In this document: in pieces, positions 1-15,000 of the stretch
How the letters are laid out: every line of letters starts with the position of its first letter
Position numbering within the stretch: the first letter of the stretch is position 1
Assembly (NCBI GenBank): GCA_964016885.1
Contig: OZ024741.1
Span: 360,096,001-360,160,000, forward strand
Source: Eledone cirrhosa
Taxonomy: Eukaryota
Length of the DNA stretch: 64,000 nt
Direction: 5' to 3'
The notes under the pieces: generated by a model
What the model saw: the letters and a program-made list of their open reading frames with translations, nothing else
What the model was told of the DNA's origin: nothing
Database searches by the model: none
Program-made: the position numbers and the translations under genes

Positions 1-3000
1 GTGGTATGGTGTGGTGTGGTATGGTGTGGTATGGTGTGGTATGGTGTGGTCTGGTGTGGTGTGGAATGGTATGGTGTGGTGTGGTGTGGTGTGGTATGGT
101 GTGGTATGGTATGGTATGGTGTGGTATGGTGTGGTGTGGTGCGGTGTGGTATGGTGTGGTACGGTGTGGTAAGGTGTGGTATGGTGTGGTATGGTGTGGT
201 GTGGTGTGGTATGGTGTGGTATGGTGTGGTATGGTGTGGTGTAGTGTGGTATGGTGTGGTATGGTATGGTGTGGTGTGGTGTGGTATGGTGTTGTATGGT
301 GTGGTGTTGTATGGTGTGGTGTGGTGTGGTATGGTGTGGTATGGTATTGTGTGGTATGGTGTGGTGTGGTGTGGTATGGTGTGGTGTGGTAGGGTATGGT
401 GTGGTATGGTGTTGTATGGTGTGGTATGGGGCGGTATGGTATGGTGTAGTGTGCTATGGTGTGTTATGGTGTGGTATGGTGTGGTATGGTGTTGTATGGT
501 ATGGTGTGGTACTGTATGGTATGGTGTGGTGTGGTATGGTGTTGTATGGTGTGGTATGGTATGGTGTCGTGTGGTATGTTGTTATATGGTAGTGTATGGT
601 ATGGTATGGTGTAGTATGGTGTGGCGTGGTATGGTGTGGTATGGTGTGGTATGGTGTTGTATGGTGTGGTATGGTATGGTGTGGTTTGGTATGGCGTTGG
701 TGTGGTATGGTGCGGTATGGTATGATATTGTGTGGTTTGGTGTGGTATGGTGTGGTATGGTGTGGTATGGTGTGGTGTGGTATGGTATGGTATGGTGTGG
801 GGTGGTGTGGTAGTGTGTGGTATGGGGTGGTATGCTGTGGTGTGGTGTGGTATGGTGTGGTGTGGTGTGGTACGGTGTGGTATGGTATGGTATGGTGTGG
901 TGTGGTATGGTATGGTATGGTGTAGTGTGGTGTGGTATGGTGTGGTATGGTGTGGTATGGTGTGGAATGGTATGGTATGGTATGGTATGATGTGGTATGG
1001 TGTGGCATGGTGTGGTGTGGTATGGTGTGGTATGGTATGGTGTGGTATGGTGTGGTATGGTGTGGTATGTTGTGGTATGGTGTCGTGTGGTGTGGTATGG
1101 GGTGGTGTGGGTATGGTGTGGTGCGGTGTGGTATGGTGTGGTATGGTATGGTATGGTGTGGTATGGTGTGGCATTGTGTGGTATGGTGTGATGTGGTATG
1201 GTGTGGTATGGTGTGGTATGGTGTGGTATGGTATGGTGTGGTATGGCGTGTTATGGTGTGGTGTGGTAAGGTGTGGTATGGTATGGTGTGGTGTGGTGTG
1301 GTGTGGTATGGTGTGGTATGGTGTGGTATGGTGTGGTTTGGTGTGGTATGAAATTGTGTGGTGTGGTATGGTGTGGTATGGTATGGTGTTGTGTGGTATG
1401 AAATTAAGTGGTGTGGTAGGGTGAGGTATGGTATGTATGGTGTGGTGTGGTGTGGTATGGTGTGGTATCGTATGGTGTGGTGTGGTATGGAGTGGTATTA
1501 TATAGTATGGTGTGGTATGGTATAGTGTGGTATGGTGTGGTATGGTGTGGTATGGTGTAGTGTGGTATGCTGTGGTATGTTATAGTGTGGTATGGTGTGG
1601 TATGGTGCGGTATGGTGTGGTATGGTGTGGTGTGGCATGGTATGGTATGGTGTGGTGTGGTGTGGTATGGTGTGGTGTGGTATGGTATGGTATAGTGTGG
1701 TGTGGTATGGTGTGGTATGGTGTGGTATGGTGTGGTATGGTGTAGTGTGGTATGCTGTGGTATGTTATAGTGTGGTATGGTGTGGTATGGTGCGGTATGG
1801 TGTGGTATGGTGTGGTGTGGCATGGTATGGTATGGTGTGGTGTGGTGTGGTATGGTGTGGTGTGGTATGGTATGGTATAGTGTGGTGTGGTATGGTGTGG
1901 TATGGTGTACTGTGGTGTAGTATGGTGTGGTATGGTGTGGTATGGTATGCTATGGTGTGGTATGGTATGGTGTGGTGTGGTATGTTGTGGTATCGTATGG
2001 TGTGGTATGGTGTGCTGTGGTATGGTATGGTGTGGTGTGGTGTTGTGTGGTGTGGTATGGTGTGGTATGGTGTGCTGTGGAGTGGTATGGTGTGGTATGG
2101 TATGGTGCGGTGTGGTATAGTGTGGTATGGTATGGTATGCTATGGTATGGTGTGGTGTGGTATGGTGTGGTATGGTGTGGTATGGTGTGGTGTGGTGTGG
2201 TATGGTATGGTATGGTATGGTGTGGTGTGGTGTGGTATGGTGTGGTGTGGTATGGTGTGGTATGGTGTGGTATGGTGTAGTATGGTGTGGTATGATGTGG
2301 TGTGGTGTGGTATGGTGTGGTGTGTTGTGGTATGGTGTTGTATGGTATGGTGTGGTGTGGTATGGTGTGGTATGGTGTGGTAAGGTATGGTGTGGTATGG
2401 TATAGTTTGGTGTGGTGTGGTATTGTGTGGTATGGTGTGGTATGTTGTGGTGTGGTATGGTGGGGTATGGTTTGGTGCGGTATGGAATGGTATGGCGTGG
2501 TGTCGTGTGACATGGTGTGGTAACATGTGGTATGGTATTGTGTGGTATGGTGTGGTATGGTGTGGTGTGGTATGGTGTTGTATGGTGTGGTATGTTGTGG
2601 TATGGTGTGATAAGATATGGTATGGTGTGGTGTGGTGAGGTGTGGTATGGTGTGGTATGGTGTGGTGTGGTACGGTGTGGTATGGTATGGTGTGGTGTGG
2701 TATGGTATGCTATGGTGTAGTGTGCTGTGGTATGGTGTAGTATGGTGTGGTATGGTGTGGTATGGTATGGTATGATGTGGTGTGGTATGGTGTGGTGTGG
2801 TATGGTGTGGTATGGTGTGGTATGGTATGGTGTGCTGTGGTATGGTGTGGTATGGTGTGGTATGGTTTGATAAGATATGGTATGGTGTGGTGTGGTGAGA
2901 TGTGGTATGGTGTGGTATGGTGTTGTATGGTGTGGTATGGTGTGGTATGGTGTGATAAGATATGGTATGGTGTGGTGTGGTGTGGTGTGGTGAGGTGTGG

Positions 3001-6000
3001 TATGGTGTGGTATGGTGTAGTGTGCTGTGGTACTGTGTGGTATGGTATTGTATGGTATGGTGTAGTGTGGTGTGGTATGGTGTGGTATGGTGTGGAATGG
3101 TGTGGTATGGTATGGTATGGTATGATGTGGTGTGGTGTGGTGTGGTGTGGTGTGGTGTGGTGTGGAGTGGTATGGTGTGGTATGGTGTGGTAAGGTATGG
3201 TATGGTGTGGTGTGGTATGGTATGGTGTGGTGTGGTATGGTGTGGTATGGTGTGGTGTGCTATGGTGTGGTATGGTATTGTATGCTGTGGTGTGGTGTGG
3301 TATGGTGTGGTATGGTGTGGTGTGGTAAGGTGTGGTGTGGTGTGGTATTGTATGGTATGGTGTGGTTTGTTGTGGTGTGGTATGGTGGGGTATGGTATGG
3401 TGTGGTGTGGTATTGTGTGGTATGGTGTGGTGTGGTGATGTGTGGTATGCTGTGGTATGGTGTGGTATGGTGTGGTATGGTGTGGTGTGGGGTGGTGTGG
3501 TAGTGTGTGGTATGGGGTGGTATGCTGTGGTGTGGTGGGGTATGGTATAGTGTGGTGTGGTATGGTGTGGTAAGGTGTGGTATGGTATGGTGTGGTGTGG
3601 TATGGTGTGGTATGGTGTGGTGTGGTGTGGTGTGGTGTGGTGTGGTATGGTATGGTGCGATGTGGTGTGGTATGGTGTGGTATGGTATAGTATGGTGTGG
3701 TATGTTGTGGTATGGTATGGTATGGTATGGTGTGGTATGGTGTGGTGTGGTATGGTATGGTGTGGTATGCTGTGGTATGGTATGGTATGGTGTGGTTTGG
3801 TGTGGTGTGGTATGGTGTGGTATGGTATGGTATGCTATGGTGTGGTGTGGTATGGTGTGGTATGGTGTAGTATGGTGTGGTATGTTGTGGTATGGTATGG
3901 TGTGGTATGGTGCGGTGTGGTATGGTGTGGTGTGGTATGGTGTGGTATGGTGTGGTATGGTGTGGTATGGTGTGGTCTGGTGTGGTGTGGAATGGTATGG
4001 TGTGGTGTGGTGTGGTGTGGTATGGTGTGGTATGGTATGGTATGGTGTGGTATGGTGTGGTGTGGTGCGGTGTGGTATGGTGTGGTACGGTGTGGTAAGG
4101 TGTGGTATGGTGTGGTATGGTGTGGTGTGGTATGGTGTGGTATGGTGTGGTATGGTGTGGTGTAGTGTGGTATGGTGTGGTATGGTATGGTGTGGTGTGG
4201 TGTGGTATGGTGTTGTATGGTGTGGTGTTGTATGGTGTGGTGTGGTGTGGTATGGTGTGGTATGGTATTGTGTGGTATGGTGTGGTGTGGTGTGGTATGG
4301 TGTGGTGTGGTAGGGTATGGTGTGGTATGGTGTTGTATGGTGTGGTATGGTGCGGTATGGTATGGTGTAGTGTGCTATGGTGTGGTATGGTGTGGTATGG
4401 TGTGGTATGGTGTTGTATGGTATGGTGTGGTACTGTATGGTATGGTGTGGTGTGGTATGGTGTTGTATGGTGTGGTATGGTATGGTGTTGTGTGGTATGT
4501 TGTTATATGGTAGTGTATGGTATGGTATGGTGTAGTATGGTGTGGCGTGGTATGGTGTGGTATGGTGTGGTATGGTGTTGTATGGTGTGGTATGGTATGG
4601 TATGGTTTGGTATGGCGTTGGTGTGGTATGGTGCGGTATGGTATGATATTGTGTGGTTTGGTGTGGTATGGTGTGGTATGGTGTGGTATGGTGTGGTGTG
4701 GTATGGTATGGTATGGTGTGGGGTGGTGTGGTAGTGTGTGGTATGGGGTGGTATGCTGTGGTGTGGTGTGGTATGGTGTGGTGTGGTGTGGTACGGTGTG
4801 GTATGGTATGGTATGGTGTGGTGTGGTATGGTATGGTATGGTGTAGTGTGGTGTGGTATGGTGTGGTATGGTGTGGTATGGTGTGGAATGGTATGGTATG
4901 GTATGGTATGATGTGGTATGGTGTGGCATGGTGTGGTGTGGTATGGTGTGGTATGGTATGGTGTGGTATGGTGTGGTATGGTGTGGTATGTTGTGGTATG
5001 GTGTCGTGTGGTGTGGTATGGGGTGGTGTGGGTATGGTGTGGTGCGGTGTGGTATGGTGTGGTATGGTATGGTATGGTGTGGTGTGGTATGGTGTGGCAT
5101 TGTGTGGTATGGTGTGATGTGGTATGGTGTGGTATGGTGTGGTATGGTGTGGTATGGTATGGTGTGGTATGGCGTGTTATGGTGTGGTGTGGTAAGGTGT
5201 GGTATGGTATGGTGTGGTGTGGTGTGGTGTGGTATGGTATAGTGTGGTATGGTGTGGTATGGTGTGGTATGGTGTAGTGTGTTATGCTGTGGTATGTTAT
5301 AGTGTGGTATGGTGTGGTATGGTGCGGTATGGTGTGGTATGGTGTGGTGTGGCATGGTATGGTATGGTGTGGTGTGGTGTGGTATGGTGTGGTGTGGTAT
5401 GGTATGGTATAGTGTGGTGTGGTATGGTGTGGTATGGTGTGGTATGGTGTGGTATGGTGTAGTGTGGTGTGGTATGGTGTGGTATGGTGTGGTCTGGTAT
5501 GGTATGGTGTGGTGTGGTGTGGTATGGTATGATGTGATGTGGTGTGGTATGGTGTGGTATGGTATGGTATGGTGTGGTATAGTGTAGTATGGTATGGTAT
5601 GCTATGGTGTGGTGTGGTATGGTGTGGTATGGTGTAGTATGGTGTGGTATGGTGTGGTGTGGTATGGTGTGGTGTGGTATGCTGTGGTATGGTATGGTAT
5701 GGTGTGGTTTGGTGTGGTGTGGTATGGTGTGGTATGGTGTGGTATGGTGTGGTCTGGTGTGGTGTGGTATGGTATGGTGTGGTGTGGTGTGGTGTGGTAT
5801 GGTGTGGTATGGTATGGTATGGTGTGGTATGGTGTGGTGTGGTGCGGTGTGGTGTGGTGTGGTGTGGTATGGTATGGTGTGGTGTGGTGTGGTATGGTGT
5901 TGCATGGTGTGGTATGGTGTGGTATGGTATTGTGTGGTGTGGTATGGTGTGGTATGGTGTGGTATGCTGTTGTATGGTATGGTGTGGTGTGGCGTGGTGT

Positions 6001-9000
6001 GGTACTGTATGGTATGGTGTGGTGTGGTATGGTGTGGTGTGTTGTGGTATGGTGTTGTATGGTATGGTATTGTGTGGTGTGGTGTGGTATGGTGTGGTAC
6101 GGTGTGGTAAGGTGTGGTGTGGTATGGTGTGGTGTAGTGTGGTATGGTGTGGTATGGTATGGTGTGGTGTGGTGTGGTATGGTGTTGTATGGTGTGGTGT
6201 TGTATGGTGTGGTGTGGTATGGTGTGGTATGGTATTGTGTGGTATGGTGTGGTGTGGTGTGGTATGGTGTTGTATGGTGTGGTGTTGTATGGTGTGGTGT
6301 GGTGTGGTGTGGTATGGTATTGTGTGGTATGGTGTGGTGTGGTGTGGTATGGTGTTGTATGGTGTGGTGTTGTATGGTGTGGTGTGGTATGGTGTGGTAT
6401 GGTATTGTGTGGTATGGTGTGGTGTGGTGTGGTATGGTGTGGTGTGGTAGGGTATGGTGTGGTATGGTGTTGTATGGTGTGGTATGGTGCGGTATGGTAT
6501 GGTGTAGTGTGCTATGGTGTGGTATGGTGTGGTATGGTGTGGTATTGTGTTGTATGGTGTGGTATGGTGCGGTATGGTATGGTGTAGTGTGCTATGGTGT
6601 GGTATGGTGTGGTATGGTGTGGTATGGTGCGGTATGGTATGGTGTAGTGTGCTATGGTGTGGTATGGTGTGGTATGGTGTGGTATGGTGTTGTATGGTGT
6701 GGTATGGTGCGGTATGGTATGGTGTAGTGTGCTATGGTGTGGTATGGTGTTGTATGGTGTGGTATGGTGCGGTATGGTATGATGTAGTGTGCTATGGTGT
6801 GGTATGGTGTGGTATGGTGTGGTATGGTGTTGTATGGTATGGTGTGGTACTGTATGGTATGGTGTGGTACTGTATGGTATGGTGTGGTGTGGTATGGTGT
6901 CGTGTGGTATGTTGTTATATGGTAGTGTATGGTATAGTATGGTGTGGTATGTTGTGGCGTGGTATGGTGTGGTATGGTGTGGTATGGTGTTGTATGGTGT
7001 GGTAAGGTATGGTATGGTGTGTTATGGTGTTGTATGGTGTGGTATGGTATGGTATGGTTTGGTATGGCGTTGGTGTGGTATGGTATGGTATGGTATGGTG
7101 TGGGGTGGTGTGGTAGTGTGTGGTATGGGGTGGTATGCTGTGGTGTGGTGGGGTATGGTATAGTGTGGTGTGGTATGGTGTGGTAAGGTGTGGTATGGTA
7201 TGGTGTGGTGTGGTATGGTGTGGTATGGTGTGGTGTGGTGTGGTGTGGTGTGGTGTGGTGTGGTATGGTATGGTGCGATGTGGTGTGGTATGGTGTGGTA
7301 TGGTATAGTATGGTGTGGTATGTTGTGGTATGGTATGGTATGGTATGGTGTGGTATGGTGTGGTGTGGTATGGTATGGTGTGGTATGCTGTGGTATGGTA
7401 TGGTATGGTGTGGTTTGGTGTGGTGTGGTATGGTGTGGTATGGTATGGTATGCTATGGTGTGGTGTGGTATGGTGTGGTATGGTGTAGTATGGTGTGGTA
7501 TGTTGTGGTATGGTATGGTGTGGTATGGTGCGGTGTGGTATGGTGTGGTGTGGTATGGTGTGGTATGGTGTGGTATGGTGTGGTCTGGTGTGGTGTGGAA
7601 TGGTATGGTGTGGTGTGGTGTGGTGTGGTATGGTGTGGTATGGTATGGTATGGTGTGGTATGGTGTGGTGTGGTGCGGTGTGGTATGGTGTGGTACGGTG
7701 TGGTAAGGTGTGGTATGGTGTGGTATGGTGTGGTGTGGTGTGGTATGGTGTGGTATGGCGTTGGTGTGGTATGGTGCGGTATGGTATGATATTGTGTGGT
7801 TTGGTGTGGTATGGTGTGGTATGGTGTGGTATGGTGTGGTGTGGTATGGTATGGTATGGTGTGGGGTGGTGTGGTAGTGTGTGGTATGGGGTGGTATGCT
7901 GTGGTGTGGTGTGGTATGGTGTGGTGTGGTGTGGTACGGTGTGGTATGGTATGGTATGGTGTGGTGTGGTATGGTATGGTATGGTGTAGTGTGGTGTGGT
8001 ATGGTGTGGTATGGTGTGGTATGGTGTGGAATGGTATGGTATGGTATGGTATGATGTGGTATGGTGTGGCATGGTGTGGTGTGGTATGGTGTGGTATGGT
8101 ATGGTGTGGTATGGTGTGGTATGGTGTGGTATGTTGTGGTATGGTGTCGTGTGGTGTGGTATGGGGTGGTGTGGGTATGGTGTGGTGCGGTGTGGTATGG
8201 TGTGGTATGGTATGGTATGGTGTGGTATGGTGTGGCATTGTGTGGTATGGTGTGATGTGGTATGGTGTGGTATGGTGTGGTATGGTGTGGTATGGTATGG
8301 TGTGGTATGGCGTGTTATGGTGTGGTGTGGTAAGGTGTGGTATGGTATGGTGTGGTGTGGTGTGGTGTGGTATGGTGTGGTATGGTGTGGTATGGTGTGG
8401 TTTGGTGTGGTATGAAATTGTGTGGTGTGGTATGGTGTGGTATGGTATGGTGTTGTGTGGTATGAAATTAAGTGGTGTGGTAGGGTGAGGTATGGTATGT
8501 ATGGTGTGGTGTGGTGTGGTATGGTGTGGTATCGTATGGTGTGGTGTGGTATGGAGTGGTATTATATAGTATGGTGTGGTATGGTATAGTGTGGTATGGT
8601 GTGGTATGGTGTGGTATGGTGTAGTGTGGTATGCTGTGGTATGTTATAGTGTGGTATGGTGTGGTATGGTGCGGTATGGTGTGGTATGGTGTGGTGTGGC
8701 ATGGTATGGTATGGTGTGGTGTGGTGTGGTATGGTGTGGTGTGGTATGGTATGGTATAGTGTGGTGTGGTATGGTGTGGTATGGTGTGGTATGGTGTGGT
8801 ATGGTGTAGTGTGGTATGCTGTGGTATGTTATAGTGTGGTATGGTGTGGTATGGTGCGGTATGGTGTGGTATGGTGTGGTGTGGCATGGTATGGTATGGT
8901 GTGGTGTGGTGTGGTATGGTGTGGTGTGGTATGGTATGGTATAGTGTGGTGTGGTATGGTGTGGTATGGTGTACTGTGGTGTAGTATGGTGTGGTATGGT

Positions 9001-12000
9001 GTGGTATGGTATGCTATGGTGTGGTATGGTATGGTGTGGTGTGGTATGTTGTGGTATCGTATGGTGTGGTATGGTGTGCTGTGGTATGGTATGGTGTGGT
9101 GTGGTGTTGTGTGGTGTGGTATGGTGTGGTATGGTGTGCTGTGGAGTGGTATGGTGTGGTATGGTATGGTGCGGTGTGGTATAGTGTGGTATGGTATGGT
9201 ATGCTATGGTATGGTGTGGTGTGGTATGGTGTGGTATGGTGTGGTATGGTGTGGTGTGGTGTGGTATGGTATGGTATGGTATGGTGTGGTGTGGTGTGGT
9301 ATGGTGTGGTGTGGTATGGTGTGGTATGGTGTGGTATGGTGTAGTATGGTGTGGTATGATGTGGTGTGGTGTGGTATGGTGTGGTGTGTTGTGGTATGGT
9401 GTTGTATGGTATGGTGTGGTGTGGTATGGTGTGGTATGGTGTGGTAAGGTATGGTGTGGTATGGTATAGTTTGGTGTGGTGTGGTATTGTGTGGTATGGT
9501 GTGGTATGTTGTGGTGTGGTATGGTGGGGTATGGTTTGGTGCGGTATGGAATGGTATGGCGTGGTGTCGTGTGACATGGTGTGGTAACATGTGGTATGGT
9601 ATTGTGTGGTATGGTGTGGTATGGTGTGGTGTGGTATGGTGTTGTATGGTGTGGTATGTTGTGGTATGGTGTGATAAGATATGGTATGGTGTGGTGTGGT
9701 GAGGTGTGGTATGGTGTGGTATGGTGTGGTGTGGTACGGTGTGGTATGGTATGGTGTGGTGTGGTATGGTATGCTATGGTGTAGTGTGCTGTGGTATGGT
9801 GTAGTATGGTGTGGTATGGTGTGGTATGGTATGGTATGATGTGGTGTGGTATGGTGTGGTGTGGTATGGTGTGGTATGGTGTGGTATGGTATGGTGTGCT
9901 GTGGTATGGTGTGGTATGGTGTGGTATGGTTTGATAAGATATGGTATGGTGTGGTGTGGTGAGATGTGGTATGGTGTGGTATGGTGTTGTATGGTGTGGT
10001 ATGGTGTGGTATGGTGTGATAAGATATGGTATGGTGTGGTGTGGTGTGGTGTGGTGAGGTGTGGTATGGTGTGGTATGGTGTAGTGTGCTGTGGTACTGT
10101 GTGGTATGGTATTGTATGGTATGGTGTAGTGTGGTGTGGTATGGTGTGGTATGGTGTGGAATGGTGTGGTATGGTATGGTATGGTATGATGTGGTGTGGT
10201 GTGGTGTGGTGTGGTGTGGTGTGGTGTGGAGTGGTATGGTGTGGTATGGTGTGGTAAGGTATGGTATGGTGTGGTGTGGTATGGTATGGTGTGGTGTGGT
10301 ATGGTGTGGTATGGTGTGGTGTGCTATGGTGTGGTATGGTATTGTATGCTGTGGTGTGGTGTGGTATGGTGTGGTATGGTGTGGTGTGGTAAGGTGTGGT
10401 GTGGTGTGGTATTGTATGGTATGGTGTGGTTTGTTGTGGTGTGGTATGGTGGGGTATGGTATGGTGTGGTGTGGTATTGTGTGGTATGGTGTGGTGTGGT
10501 GATGTGTGGTATGCTGTGGTATGGTGTGGTATGGTGTGGTATGGTGTGGTGTGGTGTGGTACAGTGTGATATGGTATGGTGTGGTGTGGTATGGTGTGGT
10601 GTAGTGTGGTGTGGTGTGGTATGGTGTGGTATTGTGTGAAATGGTATGGTATGGTATGATGTGGTGTGGTGTGGTATGGTGGGGTGTGGTATGGTGTCGT
10701 GTGGTATCGTGTGGTGTGGTATGGTGTGGTATGGTTCGGTATGTTGTGGTGTGGTATGGTGTGGTATGGTGTGGTGTGGAGTGGTATGGTGTGGTATGGT
10801 GTGGTAAGGTATGGTATGGTGTGGTGTGGTATGGTATGATGTGGTGTGGTATGGTGTGGTATGGTGTGGTGTGCTATGGTGTGGTATGGTATTGTATGCT
10901 GTGGTGTGGTGTGGTATGGTGTGGTATGGTGTGGTGTGGTAAGGTGTGGTGTGGTGTGGTATTGTATGGTATGGTGTGGTATGTTGTGGTGTGGTATGGT
11001 GTGGTATGGTATGGTGCGGTGTGGTATTGTGTGGTATGGGGTGCTGTGGTGTGGGGTGTTGATGTGTGGTATGGTGTGGTATGTTATGGTATGGTTTGGT
11101 GTGGTACGGTGTGGTATGGTATGGTATGGTGTGGTGTGGTATGGTATGGTGTGATATGGTGTGGTATGGTGTGTAATGGTATGGTATGGTATGATGTGGT
11201 GTGGTGTGGTCTGGTATGGTCTGGTATGGTATGGTGTGGTGTGGTATGGTGTGGTATGGTGTGCTATCTTGTGGTATGGTGAGGTGTGGTGTCGTATGGT
11301 GTGGTGTGGTATGGTGTGGTATGGTGTGTTGTGGTATGCTATGGTATGGTGTGGTGTGGTATGGTATTGTGAGGTGTGGTATGATATGGTATGCTGTGGT
11401 GTGATGTGGTATGGTGTGGTATGGTATGGTATTGTGTGGTATGGTATGGTATTGTGTGGTATTGTATGGTATGGTGTGGTGTGGTATGGTGTGGTGTGGT
11501 ATGGTGTGGTATGGTATGGTATCGTGTGGTGTGGTATGGTGTGGTATTGTGTGGTGTGGTGTGGTAGGGTATGGTGTGATGTGGTAGGGTATGGTGTGGT
11601 GTGGTAGGGTATGGTTTGGTGTGGTGTGGTATAGGGGGGTATGGTATGGTATGCTATGGTGTGGTATGGTATGGTGCGGTGTGGTGTGGTATGGTGTTGC
11701 ATGGTGTGGTATGGTGTGGTATGTTGTGGTTTTGTATGGTGTGGTATGGTGTGGTATGCAGTGGTATGCTATGGTGTGGTGTGGTGTGATGTGGTATGGA
11801 GTGGTATGGTGTGGTATGGTATGGTGTGGTGTGGTATGGTGTTGTATGGTGTGGTGTGGTATGGTATGGTGAGGTGTGGTATTGTATGGTATGGTGTGGT
11901 TTGGCATGGTGTGGTGTGGTATGGTATGGTGTGGGATGGTATTGTGTGGTACTGTATGGTATGATGTGGTGTGGCATGGTGTGGTGTGTTGTGGTATGGT

Positions 12001-15000
12001 GTTGTATGGTATGGTATTGTGTGGCGTTGTGTGGTGTGGTATGGTGTGGTATGGTGTGGTAAGGTGTTGTGTGGTGTGGTATGGTGTGGTAAGGTGTTGT
12101 GTGGTATGGTATGGTGTGGTGTGGTATTGTGTGGTATGTTGTGGTATGTCTTGGTGTGGTATGGTGGGGTATGGTATGGTGTGGTATGGTATGGTATGGT
12201 GTGGTGTCATGTGATATGGTGTGGTGTGGTATGGTGTGGTATGGTATGGTATGGTATGATGTGGTGTGGTGTGGTATGATGTGGTGTGGTATGGTGTGGT
12301 ATGGTATGGTGTGGTGTGGTATGGTGTGGTATGGTATGGTATGGTATGATGTGGTGTGGTGTGGTATGATGTGGTGTGGTATGGTGTGGTATGGTATGGT
12401 GTGGTGTGGTATGGTGTGGTATGGTGTGGTATGTTGTGATAAGATATGGTATGATGTGGTGTGGTGTGGTGAGGTGTGGTATGGTGTGGTATGGTGTGGT
12501 ATGGTGTGGTACGGTGTGGTATGGTATGGTGTGGTGTGGTATGGTTTGGTGTGGTGTGGTGTGGTGTGGTACGGTGTGGTATGGTGTGGTATGGTGTGGT
12601 ACGGTGTGGTATGGTATGGTGTGGTGTGGTATGGTTTGGTGTGGTGTGGTGTGGTGTGGTACGGTGTGGTATGGTGTGGTGTGGTGTGGTGAGGTGTGGT
12701 ATGGTGTGGTATGGTGTGGTATGGTGTGGTACGGTGTGGTATGGTATGGTGTGGTGTGGTATGGTTTGGTGTGGTGTGGTGTGGTGTGGTACGGTGTGGT
12801 ATGGTGTGGTGTGGTGTGGTATTGTATGGTATGGTGTAGTGTGGTGTGGTATGGTGTGGTATGGTGTGGTGTTGTATGGTGTGGTATGGTGTGGTATGGG
12901 GTGGTATGCTATGGTGTGGTGTGGTGTGATGTGGTATGGAGTGGTATGGTATGGTGTGGTGTGGTGTGGTATGGTGTTGTTAGTGTGGTGTGGTATGGTA
13001 TGGTGAGGTGTTTTATTGTATGGTATGGTGTGGTGTGGTGTGGTATGGTGTGGTGTGGTATGGTATGGTGTGGGATGGTATTGTGTGGTACTGTATGGTT
13101 TGATGTGGTGTGGTATGGTGTTGTGTGGTATGAAATTAAGTGGTGTGGTAGGGTGAGGTATGGTATGGTGTGGTGTGGTATGGTGTGGTGTGGTATGGTG
13201 TGGTATGGTATGGTGTGGTGTGGTATGGAGTGGTATGGTATAGTGTGGTGTGGTATGGTATGGTGTGGTATGGTGTGGTATGTTGTGGTATGGTGTGGTG
13301 TGGTATGGTGTAGTGTGGTATGCTGTGGTATGTTATAGTTTGGTATGGTGTGGTATGGTGTGGTATGGTGCGGTATGGTGTGGTGTGGTATGGTATGGTA
13401 TGGTGTGGTGTGGTGTGGTATGGTGTGGTGTGGTGTGGTATGGTATGGTATAGTGTGGTGTGGTATGGTGTGGTATGGTGTACTGTGGTGTAGTATGGTG
13501 TGGTATGGTGTGGTATGGTATGCTATGGTGTGGTGTGGTGTGGTATGGTATGGTGTGGTGTGGTATGGTGTGGTATGGTATGGTGTGGTGTGGTATGGTG
13601 TGGTGTGTTATGGTATGGTATACTGTGGTGTGGTATGGTGTGGTATGGTGTGGTATGGTATGCTATGGTATGGTGTGGTGTGGTATAGTGTGGTATGGTA
13701 TGGTATGCTATGGTATGGTGTGGTGTGGTATGGTGTGGTATGGTGTGGTATGGTGTGGTGTGGTGTGGTATGGTATGGTGGGGTGTGTTATGGTATGGTA
13801 TGGTATGGTATGGTGTGGTGTGGTATGGTGTGGTGTGGTATGGTGTGGTATGGTGTGGTATGGTGTGGTATGGTGTGGTGTGGTGTGGTGTGGTATGGTG
13901 TGGTGTGTTGTGGTATGGTGTTGTATGGTATGGTATGGTGTGGTGTGGTGTGGTATGGTGTGTTACGGTGTGGTAAGGTATGGTGTGGTATGGTATAGTA
14001 TGGTGTGGTGTGGTATTGTGTGGTTTGGTGTGGTATGTTGTGGTGTGGTATGGTGGGGTATGTTTTGGTGCGGTATGGTATGGCGTAGTGTCGTGTGATA
14101 CGGTGTGGTAACATGTGGTATGGTATTGTGTGGTATGGTGTGGTGTGGTATGGTGTTGTATGGTGTGGTATGTTGTGGTATGGTGTGATAAGATATGGTA
14201 TGTTGTGGTGTGGTGAGGTGTGGTATGGTGTGGTATGGTGTGGTGTGGTACGGTGTGGTATGGTATGGTGTGGTATGGTATGCTATGGTGTAGTGTGTTG
14301 TGGTATGGTGTGGTATGGTGTGGTATGGTGTGGTATGGTATGGTATGGTATGATGTGGTGTGGTATGGTGTGGTATGGTGTGGTATGTTATGGTGTGCTG
14401 TGGTATGGTGTGGTATGGTGTGGTATGGTGTGATAAGATATGGTATGGTGTGGTGTGGTGAGGTGTGGTATGGTGTGGTCTGGTGTAGTGTGCTGTGGTA
14501 CGGTGTGGTATGGTATGGTATGGTGTGGTATGGTATTGTATGGTATGGTGTAGTGTGGTGTGGTATGGTGTGGTATGGTGTGGTATGGTGTGGTATGGTA
14601 TGGTATGGTATGATGTGGTGTGGTGTGGTGTGGTATGGTGTGGTGTGGTATGGTGTGGTTTGGAGTGGTATGGTGTGGTATGGTGTGGTAAGGTATGGTA
14701 TGGTGTGGTGTGGTATGGTATGGTATGGTGTGGTGTCGTGTGGTATGGTGTGGTATGCTGTGGTGTGGTAAGGTGTGGTGTGGTGTGGTATTGTATGGTA
14801 TGGTGTGGTATGTTGTGGTGTGGTATGGTGGGGTATGGTATGGTGTGGTGTGGTATTGTGTGGTATGGTGTGGTGTGGTGTGGTGTGGTATGGTGGGGTA
14901 TGGTATGGTGTGGTGTGGTATTGTGTGGTATGGTGTGGTATGTTGTGGTGTGGTATGGTGGGGTATGGTATGGTGTGGTGTGGTATTGTGTGGTATGGTG